Source: a virus
Lineage: Duplodnaviria; Caudoviricetes
Virus record (IMG/VR): IMGVR_UViG_3300037483_000992
Span: 1-35,943 of that record
Length of the DNA stretch: 35,943 bases
Direction: 5' to 3' (one strand)
Part shown: positions 25,418 through 34,155 of the stretch, in pieces
How positions within the stretch are numbered: position 1 is the first letter of the stretch
Layout of the letters: each line of letters begins with the position of its first letter
The notes under the pieces: generated by a model
Databases searched by the model: none
Told to the model about the DNA's origin: nothing
The model's input: only the letters and a program-made list of their open reading frames with translations
Made by a program: the position numbers and the translations under genes

Positions 25418-26497
25418 ATGAGCGGCAACCTTGAAATGAGATATGTGGATCAACTGGCGCTTTCCCTGTTCGACAAGGAAGCGACCTATGATGCCGGGCC
25501 TGCCGCATGGCTTGCGGCAAATGCCTGCTCGATGAAGGGGTTCGACGGCATCGTGCAGACGCCGGACAAGCTGGTGACCGACAAGGAAGGGGTGACCGGC
25601 TATGAGCTGCCGACGGATACGGTCATCGAGCTGAAGGACTGGGTGCTGGATTTTACCGAGCCGAAGCTCAAACCCAATACCCTGGCGGGTCTTGCAGCGC
25701 TTCATTTCGGATCAATGGCCGTTACCCAGGACGGCGCCATCGTGGCATACCGGCACAAGGCAACGCCGGTTGCGGCCGGGACCGCCTTGCCGTCCATCGG
25801 CGGGATATATTCGGAGGGCGGGTATCAGGAGATCGCAAAGGGAATAAAAAGCAACACCTTCAGCCTGAAAAACAACGGCGCATGGTGGTCCCTTCCCTGC
25901 CAGCTCATGGGGTCGGGCACCCGTGCGTCTGACGCGACACCCTTCCCGGCATCGATCTCCGAAGGCTGGATGAGGTTCGGGAAAATCGCCGGGCTCTGGA
26001 TCGAGACCGGCGCCAACATTTCCATCGATGTGCCCGTACAGGGCTCGGAGGCCATATCATCGGCCACGCCGGACAATCTGACGTCCCGGCTGCTGGAGTT
26101 CGAGTTCACGCACAACAATAACCTGCGGGGCGATCTCGGGTACCAGCCCGGTGGCGGGGACGTGCGCGCGGATCTGGACTGGGGCGTCCGCAACGGCACG
26201 GTGAAGATGGTGCTCAAGCGGGATTCCGCAACCTACGCTGCGGAAATGGGATATTACGACAACCAGGACGATGTAGCCGTGCACCTGTGTTGCAAAATGG
26301 GATCCCTGATCGCAGATGGCGGCGCATACTATTATGGGTTCGATCTGATCGTCCCGATGATCCGGCTCAAACCCATCACCAAGGGCGTCCAGGACGATTT
26401 CCATACCATCACCCTGGAAGGCGACATCCACGATGACGGCACCAACGATGAGGTAATTTTGTACACGTATAACGCCCAGGCGGCGTACCTGGCCTGA
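25418..26497 (+). CDS. Major tail tube protein (siphovirus type)
   Basis: 359 aa, beta-rich and acidic; precedes the frameshifted chaperone and tape measure; no sheath gene nearby. Confidence 0.75.
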   Translation: MSGNLEMRYVDQLALSLFDKEATYDAGPAAWLAANACSMKGFDGIVQTPDKLVTDKEGVTGYELPTDTVIELKDWVLDFTEPKLKPNTLAGLAALHFGSMAVTQDGAIVAYRHKATPVAAGTALPSIGGIYSEGGYQEIAKGIKSNTFSLKNNGAWWSLPCQLMGSGTRASDATPFPASISEGWMRFGKIAGLWIETGANISIDVPVQGSEAISSATPDNLTSRLLEFEFTHNNNLRGDLGYQPGGGDVRADLDWGVRNGTVKMVLKRDSATYAAEMGYYDNQDDVAVHLCCKMGSLIADGGAYYYGFDLIVPMIRLKPITKGVQDDFHTITLEGDIHDDGTNDEVILYTYNAQAAYLA

Positions 26498-26524
26498 TTG
26501 TTGATTGAAAAAAAAGGAGCAAAA

Positions 26525-26923
26525 ATGACGGAGCAATTTGCTGAAATAGTGGGGCAGGAAGAATATAGAACCGAGCTGGATTGCGGGATCGTGTTTGTGC
26601 ACCGGGCGCCGACAGCCAAAGAGATCATCGATTACAAAAATTCCATCCGGTATCGTAAAAAGGGAAAAGATTTTACCTCGTTGAGCGGGGCCCAGCAGGT
26701 GGAGCTGGCAGATAAGATATTGTTGGACGTGGAGCGGCTCGGCTATAAGCAACAAGACGGCAAGGTGGTTGCCCTGGGCGCCCATGTAAAATCCGAAGAC
26801 ATCGCCCATATCAAAGTTTCCGGCGCGGCGCCGAAATCCTGGAAAGACCTGGTTCCGGCGCTCCGGAAAACCCAGTTCATTGAAAAATTGATCGTCGGGG
26901 TAGAGGATGAGGAAAAAAACTGA
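26525..26923 (+). CDS. Tail assembly chaperone (gpG-like)
   Basis: AAGGAG RBS; ends EEKN on slippery A AAA AAC. Confidence 0.8.
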   Translation: MTEQFAEIVGQEEYRTELDCGIVFVHRAPTAKEIIDYKNSIRYRKKGKDFTSLSGAQQVELADKILLDVERLGYKQQDGKVVALGAHVKSEDIAHIKVSGAAPKSWKDLVPALRKTQFIEKLIVGVEDEEKN

Positions 26924-27234
26924 TCGAAATTGTTGTGCGCGACATAAAAGCCGTGCTCAACAAGAGAATGGAAAACTGCGAGAACTGCGACGTGGACGAT
27001 CAGCCGGACCCGGAGGCCCAGTGCGAGACGTGCCGGAAAGATGCGCTGGCAGCCGGGAGATCCGTCGGCATGGCGCCGGAGACCGGACAGGTTCTGGATG
27101 CCCGGGCGCTGATCAAGGCCGGGTACCGGTTCGCGCCGGCCGATCTGCAATACTGGCAGTGGAGGGCCCTGGCGGCAGTCGATGCGGAGATCGACAGGTG
27201 GCAGGCGGAGAAGGTGAAAAGCAAAACCAGGTAG
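26914..27234 (+). CDS. Tail assembly chaperone extension (gpGT-like) reached by -1 frameshift
   Basis: The -1 frame is open from the slippery site 26914-26920 (KLIEIVVRDIK...) to 27234. Confidence 0.8.
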   Translation, partial: KKLIEIVVRDIKAVLNKRMENCENCDVDDQPDPEAQCETCRKDALAAGRSVGMAPETGQVLDARALIKAGYRFAPADLQYWQWRALAAVDAEIDRWQAEKVKSKTR

Positions 27235-27357
27235 AACACGGACAACAAATTTTTGGGGCTGTGGGACAGGCTTTCCAGCCTGTCGATCTGTTCGGCAGGC
27301 TGGAAAGCCCGCCCCACCAAAAAACATCTGTGACCATCTGTGTGTATCAGTGTCCCA
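27235..27357. repeat. REPIN-like inverted pair (27261-27284, 27294-27317) with ATCTGTG repeats
   Basis: Reverse complement aligns by eye with 10969-11056. Confidence 0.88.
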
Positions 27358-27367
27358 TAAATAAAAA

Positions 27368-29305
27368 ATGACTCAAAACAAAATACAATTTGTCATCGAG
27401 ATCGATGAGCACGGCCAGCCGGTCATCCGGAGCGTCGAGAAGGATTTCGACAAGCTCAACAAGACCACGAAGAAAACGTCCCGGACGTTCAAGGCGGCGA
27501 AAGCAGCGTGGGCCAGTATGACAGCGGCACTCGGGGTCTATACTCTGGTTCAGGTGGCCAAGGGCGTTCTGGACCTGGCCAACGCCGCGTCCGATATGAA
27601 CGAGACGCTGTCCAAATCATCCCTAATCTTTGGCGAGCAGGAAAAGGCGATGGAGGCCTGGGCGTCCACCAGCGCGGAATCGATGGGCCTTGCCACCCAG
27701 GCGGCCTTAGAGCATGCGGCGACGATGGGTAACATGTTTTCACAGCTCGGCGCCGGATCCGGTACGGCTGCCGAGGTGAGCCGGAACATGGTGCAGCTAT
27801 CAGCGGATATCGCATCGCTGCATAATGTCGCCGGCGGCGCGTCGGAAGTGCTGCTGGGCATGCAGAGCGCATTCCGCGGGGAATACGATGCCCTGCAGCG
27901 ATACATCCCGACAATCAACGCCGCGGCCGTCCAGGAACAGGCGCTTGCCATGACCCACAAGGCCCGCGCCGCCGAGCTTACTAATCTCGAAAAAGCGATG
28001 GCGGCAGTTGAGATCATCACCAGGGACGCGGGCGCGGCCACCGGGGATTTTGCGCGAACGGCCGAAGGTGCGGCCAACCAGGAGCGCATCCTGGCAGCCA
28101 ACATAGCGGACCTGAAGGCAAAATTCGGCGAACGGCTTCTGCCTGTGGTCGGAGAGGTGATCTCAGAGATTAACGCGTTCATGGACAGCCTCTCAGCGGA
28201 TGAAATCAATTACTATGCCGGCGCGGTGGGCGGGCTGGCTCATGCGTTCATCGAGCTGAGCCTCGCGGTCCCGCAGGTCGCCGAATGGCTGCACGTCAAC
28301 CCGAGAACGGAAATCGGGTACTGGCGGGAATGGGACACTGCGGTGTTAAATATCCTGGATGTCATCGGCGGGAAAAGAGACTGGATGTCCGGCCAGCTTA
28401 AGGGGCTTTCCGCAGATCTGAATAACCTGAGAATCGCCGCCGGGCAAACCACAGGGCAGATGGCCGGCATCCCTTCGGGCGGCATCAAGCCCGCACCCGA
28501 AGAAGCCATGCCTGCGGATCTTGCGGCAAAAATCGAGGAAGAAACAGCGGCCTTCGAGGCTGCCAAGATGCAGCGTACCGAGCTGGAGATTTTCATGGAG
28601 GCCGAACGGATCGGAGCGCTCCATGATATGGAACTCGGTCACCGGCAGTGGGAGATGGATCAGCTCACCGCATCGTCCGAATACAAGATGGCGGCCATGC
28701 AGAGCGAGCATGACTGGGCCGTTGAAGCGCTGCAGATGCGCAACGAGGAAATGGTGGCTGCCGAGCTGGATTTTCAAAACCGGATGACGGCTATTGACCA
28801 GCAGTCAGCGGCCTATAAGCAGCAGATTGCCATTGGTCTCGGTACCGCGCTGCTGTCGGCGGCAGGTGCTTCTGCCAAGAAAATATTTGCGGTAACCCAG
28901 GGCTTTCAGATCGCTCTGGCCATCATGTCGGCGCATGCCGCGGCTGCAAAGGCCCTGGCCGAGGTGCCCTACCCCTTTAACCTGGCTGTATCGGCAAAAA
29001 TGATGACGATGGGGTATCTCCAGGCGGCGGCCATCGCGGCGACTACGATCGGCCAGCTCGCCGTTGGCTCGGGAGGCGGTGGCGGAGCTGCAGTCAATGC
29101 GCCGGGCGAAACCGGCTACAGGTCGTCTGTCAGCGCGCCGGAAGCACTCACCAACGAGGCCGAAAAAAAAGCCGAGCCCTACGCCCAAAAGTGGGACGTG
29201 ACCATCGTCAACCCCATCGGCAATACCGACTGGGTGGAAAACACCCTGGTTCCGGAGCTGAGGAAAGTTGCGAAGCGGGACACTGAGATTACGGTGAGAT
29301 ATTAG
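27368..29305 (+). CDS. Tape measure protein
   Basis: Ala-rich helical, L.AD.AS..N motif; follows chaperones. Confidence 0.88.
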   Translation: MTQNKIQFVIEIDEHGQPVIRSVEKDFDKLNKTTKKTSRTFKAAKAAWASMTAALGVYTLVQVAKGVLDLANAASDMNETLSKSSLIFGEQEKAMEAWASTSAESMGLATQAALEHAATMGNMFSQLGAGSGTAAEVSRNMVQLSADIASLHNVAGGASEVLLGMQSAFRGEYDALQRYIPTINAAAVQEQALAMTHKARAAELTNLEKAMAAVEIITRDAGAATGDFARTAEGAANQERILAANIADLKAKFGERLLPVVGEVISEINAFMDSLSADEINYYAGAVGGLAHAFIELSLAVPQVAEWLHVNPRTEIGYWREWDTAVLNILDVIGGKRDWMSGQLKGLSADLNNLRIAAGQTTGQMAGIPSGGIKPAPEEAMPADLAAKIEEETAAFEAAKMQRTELEIFMEAERIGALHDMELGHRQWEMDQLTASSEYKMAAMQSEHDWAVEALQMRNEEMVAAELDFQNRMTAIDQQSAAYKQQIAIGLGTALLSAAGASAKKIFAVTQGFQIALAIMSAHAAAAKALAEVPYPFNLAVSAKMMTMGYLQAAAIAATTIGQLAVGSGGGGGAAVNAPGETGYRSSVSAPEALTNEAEKKAEPYAQKWDVTIVNPIGNTDWVENTLVPELRKVAKRDTEITVRY

Positions 29306-29311
29306 CATGGG

Positions 29312-29383
29312 GCAGAGATCAGAAGTCAGAGATCGGAGGTCGGAAGGCCAATCAACAATCAACAATCATAAATCAACAATCAA
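29312..29383. repeat. Adjacent CAGAGAT/CGGAGGT and CAACAAT heptamer arrays
   Basis: Fill the gap between tape measure and Dit genes. Confidence 0.8.
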
Positions 29384-30889
29384 ATGATCACGAGCCGATT
29401 CTACTACAAAAACATCATCCGCCGGGCCGAACTCGGCCTGGGCGACGGCACGGTCTATGCCAGCGCAACCGGCGCGACTCCCGACCAGGATGCGAAGACA
29501 TTTACGCTCTCCGGGCTGTCGATTATCGCCGATTTCGGCGCCGACGTCGATGATAAATTCAATTCGTATATTCTGTATTTTCCGGATTCGGGAAATATCT
29601 ATCATATCATCGATTGGTCCGCGACCGGCGACCGTGCGACGGTGTTCGAGGTGCCGGTTTTGACCGACATCGGCGCATGTGAGTTCCGGATAAACCTGTG
29701 GGCCAATACCACTGCCGCGAGCAACCCGGTCCATCTCCTGGCGGACGGAAAACGCAGTACGATATGGAAGGGATCTGCGCCCAATCAGTCGCAGGCCATC
29801 CGGATGTTTATGCCGAATCTCATCGACGACGGCGGGTTCGAAGCCCAGAGTGTCGGCAATGTACAAAATCCGTGGATTGCTGCATCGGCACTGTGGCAGA
29901 TATCGGCCACATCTCCGCTGCTGGGCTCAAGGATGGTGACGTACACTCAAGGAGGTGCACTTGTTACATTCAAACAATATTGCAGTCGAAAAATCGAAAA
30001 GGGAAGGACATATCGGATATTATTCAAGGCCGCCGCGCTGGGAGCGGACCCTGTTTCCAATCCAATACGCATATATTTAGTTGACCGAAATTGGACAGTA
30101 GATATTGAAAATGGCTACGGATGGTGGCCGGCATTAACAACCACTCCGACGTGGTTCGAGAACACATTTACACCGGATTTCTCGACAGATAACTGGTTGT
30201 TCGCGTTCGTGGACCATGCAATACCCGGATCATGGGGATCCTGCACCGGGTTTAATCTCGACGAAATATATCTCTACGAGGATATTTCCGTGGACCGGCT
30301 GATCGTCCTGGATCACGGCATGGATAACGGCATTATTGAGTCCCTGTATGGATTCCGGTGCAACGCAAAAAGAAACTCATTTTCCTATTCAGACGATGGA
30401 TCGGCAAACCTCATGAACGACGTGGCCATACATGGCACAGAAGCGATAGTTGAGAGCGCTAGCGAAAGCAGCTATCCGGCATGGGAAATCGTACTGGGCC
30501 AGGCATCCGGCGTCACCTATTCTGCAGCGAGCATATTTTTGGGTTCCGCGATGGCATTCGGGAAACAGAATATTCAGCCGTTCGATCCGGACGCTGAAGC
30601 CGTGGGTGGGCTGATGTCGGAAACCCGGTCCGGACGCCGTGTGTTTTACCCGGATTTCTACCGCGGCGGGCCGTTTGAGATGACGTTTTCCAAAATAAAC
30701 AGCACGTTTTACACAAATCTAACAGACTGGTGGGAAGAAGTGGGGCGGACGAAATTCCCGTTTCTGTACTGTTTTGACGAGGAAAATTACCCGGAGAAAA
30801 TCAAGCTTTTGCGCTGCGAATCGGATTTCATGTTTTCATACGATCCGGTTTTGCGGTCGGGCACGATCCGGGCAACGGAAGAGCTATGA
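29384..30889 (+). CDS. Probable distal tail (Dit) protein with inserted carbohydrate-binding-like domain
   Basis: Position after TMP; internal NLIDDGGFE...YRILF...LDEIYLYE resembles CBM_4_9. Confidence 0.6.
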   Translation: MITSRFYYKNIIRRAELGLGDGTVYASATGATPDQDAKTFTLSGLSIIADFGADVDDKFNSYILYFPDSGNIYHIIDWSATGDRATVFEVPVLTDIGACEFRINLWANTTAASNPVHLLADGKRSTIWKGSAPNQSQAIRMFMPNLIDDGGFEAQSVGNVQNPWIAASALWQISATSPLLGSRMVTYTQGGALVTFKQYCSRKIEKGRTYRILFKAAALGADPVSNPIRIYLVDRNWTVDIENGYGWWPALTTTPTWFENTFTPDFSTDNWLFAFVDHAIPGSWGSCTGFNLDEIYLYEDISVDRLIVLDHGMDNGIIESLYGFRCNAKRNSFSYSDDGSANLMNDVAIHGTEAIVESASESSYPAWEIVLGQASGVTYSAASIFLGSAMAFGKQNIQPFDPDAEAVGGLMSETRSGRRVFYPDFYRGGPFEMTFSKINSTFYTNLTDWWEEVGRTKFPFLYCFDEENYPEKIKLLRCESDFMFSYDPVLRSGTIRATEEL

Positions 30890-31003
30890 TAATTGTTGAT
30901 ATATGATTGTTGATTTATGATTGGTTTTTCAATCGACAAGCCGACTTCGCCAGAGTGGCCGAAGGCTACGACGGCTGAATCAACAATCATATATCAACAA
31001 TCC
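30888..31003. repeat. Heptamer hairpin with a 40-bp variant of the 39-bp element (30939-30978)
   Basis: TTGTTGA arm and TCAACAA arm; removing the element restores the period. Confidence 0.85.
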
Positions 31004-31016
31004 AAGAGGGTAATAA

Positions 31017-32645
31017 ATGAATAATCTCATCCGGGAACTGCAGAGCGCATCGCCCAGCCTAGAAGTGGTAGTGGAACTGGAACTGGACAGCGGCACGAAA
31101 ACCCTGTCCCAGACCGCCCCGCACGGCATCCCGATCCTTTCCCGGGTCTCCGGGCTGCTCCACAAATTGCAGCCTGCCTACGGCAAATCGAACATTGCCA
31201 GCATCTCGGTGGACCTTATCGACCGCAGCGAGTGGGGGCCGATGGTGGCCGGAAACTACATCAAAAACCGGCGGGCAACCGTCAGGCTGCTGCCCCGCCG
31301 GTCCGGGCCGGGCGCGGATGACTGGTACTACGAGTTCTTCACCGGCCTGGTGATCGACTATTCGATCAAAGACGAGGTGCTGACCATAGAGATCCGGGAC
31401 GATCTGTATGTGGCCAAAGACAAGGTCCCGGAAGAAAACGACACCAACACCCAGACGCTCTGCCTCCAGAACATGAATCCGGTGGACATCAAGAAATTAT
31501 TGATCGAGACCTACGGCGGGGTTCCGTCCGCGAGGATTGATTCGGCTCAGTTCACCGCGGAAAAAGGCAAGTGGTTCCAGGGCTGGGCATTTGACCGGGT
31601 TCTGATTCGGCCGATCGCGATAAAAACGCTCATCGATGAGCTGGATGACCAGACATTTTCCTACGTGTTTTCGGACGGCGACAAAATTACGACCACCAGT
31701 TTCGTGCCGCCGTCTCCGGGCACCACCATCAAGGAGCTGTCCGGCGGTTTCGAAAAAAAAGGCACCCTGTCGGTATCCGGCATGATGGAGGATAATTTTT
31801 TCAACAGGTGCGTCGTCTACTATGACTATGACGAGAGCGGATCAGACAACGAGGGAAATTACGATTCCCTGGCCATGTACGCCAATGTCGCATCCCAGGG
31901 CAGCGACCAGTGGGACGAGGTGGCGACCAAAATCGTAAAATCAAAATGGATACGCTCATTTTCCATCGCGCAGCCGTCTAACATCACCGGTTGCGTGATC
32001 TACAACTGCAACCCGCGAAACGGCGCAGGCAGCGGAACCCTGGCCTGGAACGCGGCGGCGGCGGCATTAACATGGACCGCGCCCGGGGGCTCGGCAGGAG
32101 CAGCCGTAAAATGCGACAAAAACGGAAAATACCAGCTCTTTTCGTCCGACACGACCAAATACATCCGGGTAATGGTGACCGCCGCCGATCTGCCCGGCGG
32201 CAACCAGAGCGACAGTCTCACCATCACGCAACTGGACGGCCCGAGCATCGCCAATTCCCTGGCCTCGCGATGGGTGGCCCGGTATGCCGACCCCCAGGCC
32301 GAGATCGATTTCAGTCTCGATCTGTCGGACGCCTGGCACAACGACAAACTGATGCGGGTATCTGACATCGCGGAAGTCACGCATGATTCCATCGTGACCA
32401 AAGGCAAAAACGGCTGGCAGGCAGAGCGGATTTTTCTAACCTCCGTTCGTCCGGACATCGAGAAAAAGGAGGTCAAAATCTCAGGGATCCTGACCGGGTT
32501 CAAGCGCCGCTACGGGTTCATCGGCCCGGCCTCGCTGACCGTCGATTATGACGCGGCATCCGAGGCCGAGCGGGAGTATGCGTTCGTCGGCGATGACGCC
32601 AACCTGGTGGGATCGGACAATGAAGATGGGTATAATATCTATTGA
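31017..32645 (+). CDS. Probable tail tip/hub protein
   Basis: Position after Dit; FFTG.V.DYS......IE.RD and NP.DI...L patterns. Confidence 0.65.
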   Translation: MNNLIRELQSASPSLEVVVELELDSGTKTLSQTAPHGIPILSRVSGLLHKLQPAYGKSNIASISVDLIDRSEWGPMVAGNYIKNRRATVRLLPRRSGPGADDWYYEFFTGLVIDYSIKDEVLTIEIRDDLYVAKDKVPEENDTNTQTLCLQNMNPVDIKKLLIETYGGVPSARIDSAQFTAEKGKWFQGWAFDRVLIRPIAIKTLIDELDDQTFSYVFSDGDKITTTSFVPPSPGTTIKELSGGFEKKGTLSVSGMMEDNFFNRCVVYYDYDESGSDNEGNYDSLAMYANVASQGSDQWDEVATKIVKSKWIRSFSIAQPSNITGCVIYNCNPRNGAGSGTLAWNAAAAALTWTAPGGSAGAAVKCDKNGKYQLFSSDTTKYIRVMVTAADLPGGNQSDSLTITQLDGPSIANSLASRWVARYADPQAEIDFSLDLSDAWHNDKLMRVSDIAEVTHDSIVTKGKNGWQAERIFLTSVRPDIEKKEVKISGILTGFKRRYGFIGPASLTVDYDAASEAEREYAFVGDDANLVGSDNEDGYNIY

Positions 32646-32714
32646 TTTGTGATTGATGATTGTCGATTGTTGATTTTTTTCAATCGACAATCAACAATCG
32701 ACAATCAACAATCA
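32641..32714. repeat. Uninterrupted heptamer hairpin (GATTGTY)n/(CRACAAT)n
   Basis: Arms complementary around a T-rich loop. Confidence 0.85.
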
Positions 32715-32737
32715 AAGCCATCACGGAGGGCTAACAT

Positions 32738-33784
32738 ATGGCAATCGACGTATCCTGGACCGCCATCGCAGACGGGCAGGTGGATGCAGACAGCCCGCTA
32801 AACCAGATCCTGATGCAGGCCATTAAAAACAATCTGTATCACCTCGAGCTGTGGCTGGGGAAAAACTATACCGCCGCAAACGACCACGATCACGACAACG
32901 TTAATTCAAAGTCGGTGGTCCTTGGCACCGGCGTTGTCACCGAGCCCAAGCTCGGCACAAGTGCAGCTACTCAGACCAAAATTGCTGCCAGCGCCGTTGG
33001 TCAGGAGGAGCTCAAGACGTCGAGCGGCTCGGTCAGTGTTTCGAGCCAACCGTTCGGTATCATGCAGACGCTGCCCGGAGGTAATTACGGGTATTATCCG
33101 ACCATTAAAATCAGCTCCGCAGCCTATTATACAATCGCCAAAATGACCAACGATAACGGGACTAATTCGCTGTCGTATATCCCGACAATCGCACTCGGGC
33201 AGGCGGGCGGAGTCGGAATCTCATATGCTCAACAATACTATGTCACAGCCAGCGGTGAGATTCACTGGCTGTTCATGCTGATGGACAGGTCCACGGGAAA
33301 ACAAATAGCGACCTGGCAATGTACGGACCATCCCTGTTTCGGAGCGCGAGGTATCAGTCACCCATTTTTGGACTATGATCCGGACAAACACGAGATCCTG
33401 GTTGTCGCGCCGGATTTAATGGACGTGCACGACATCATGCTTGCTTGCATCCCGGCAGCGGGCGGCGGATACATGGACGCCGACCTGCTGACACGTGGGG
33501 GCGTCGCTGAGGACTGGAGCCGGCCGGAGATCGATTTTATGGAGGTGTTTTTTGACAAATTTGACGTCCTCGAATCGCAGCAGACCAACTGGCCGGACAC
33601 CGAAATCACCATCGGCCTGCCGCGCATCCATAACGGCGAGTTGGTCACCGACTGGCGGTTCATGCCGCGATATGGTCGCGACGGACAGCCGCTGCGCGTG
33701 GATCCCGTAAAGGCCGTGATTCCGCGGCCGGACTACATAACGCCGATCAAATATCGCCGAAAAACCGTAATTGAAAAATTATGA
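32738..33784 (+). CDS. Tail fibre-like protein
   Basis: DHDHD motif and VTEPKL/ATQTKI 10-residue fibre repeats; GGAGG RBS. Confidence 0.65.
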   Translation: MAIDVSWTAIADGQVDADSPLNQILMQAIKNNLYHLELWLGKNYTAANDHDHDNVNSKSVVLGTGVVTEPKLGTSAATQTKIAASAVGQEELKTSSGSVSVSSQPFGIMQTLPGGNYGYYPTIKISSAAYYTIAKMTNDNGTNSLSYIPTIALGQAGGVGISYAQQYYVTASGEIHWLFMLMDRSTGKQIATWQCTDHPCFGARGISHPFLDYDPDKHEILVVAPDLMDVHDIMLACIPAAGGGYMDADLLTRGGVAEDWSRPEIDFMEVFFDKFDVLESQQTNWPDTEITIGLPRIHNGELVTDWRFMPRYGRDGQPLRVDPVKAVIPRPDYITPIKYRRKTVIEKL

Positions 33785-33798
33785 AAAAGGAGAAGCAA

Positions 33799-34155
33799 AT
33801 GAAAAAACACACAATGGGGAAAATATTTCTATTCACTGCGGTCGCTATGATTTTGGCGGCCGCGCCGGCGCTTGCCGACTGGACGGTGACGGTAAGCAAC
33901 TGGACCAAATCCGCAGGCCCTGAACTGGCCTATGAGGAAGTACAGCTCAACGGGCAGGTGAAATGTACGGTCGCTGCAAACGATCCGGCGAACTGCAATT
34001 TTACGGTGGATAATCTGTCGAATCAGGAGGTCAGAATTGTATCGTACAACACACAGGGCACGGGGAATCCGGGCTATATCGTGGGGGCACTTGTTCCGAT
34101 GTGCGCGCCGGCATCTGGCGGCCAGCTTAATATTATTTGGGTGCCTGCTCAGTAG
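33799..34155 (+). CDS. Small secreted beta-sandwich (Fn3/Ig-like) protein
   Basis: Signal peptide ending ALA-D; AAGGAG RBS. Confidence 0.7.
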   Translation: MKKHTMGKIFLFTAVAMILAAAPALADWTVTVSNWTKSAGPELAYEEVQLNGQVKCTVAANDPANCNFTVDNLSNQEVRIVSYNTQGTGNPGYIVGALVPMCAPASGGQLNIIWVPAQ

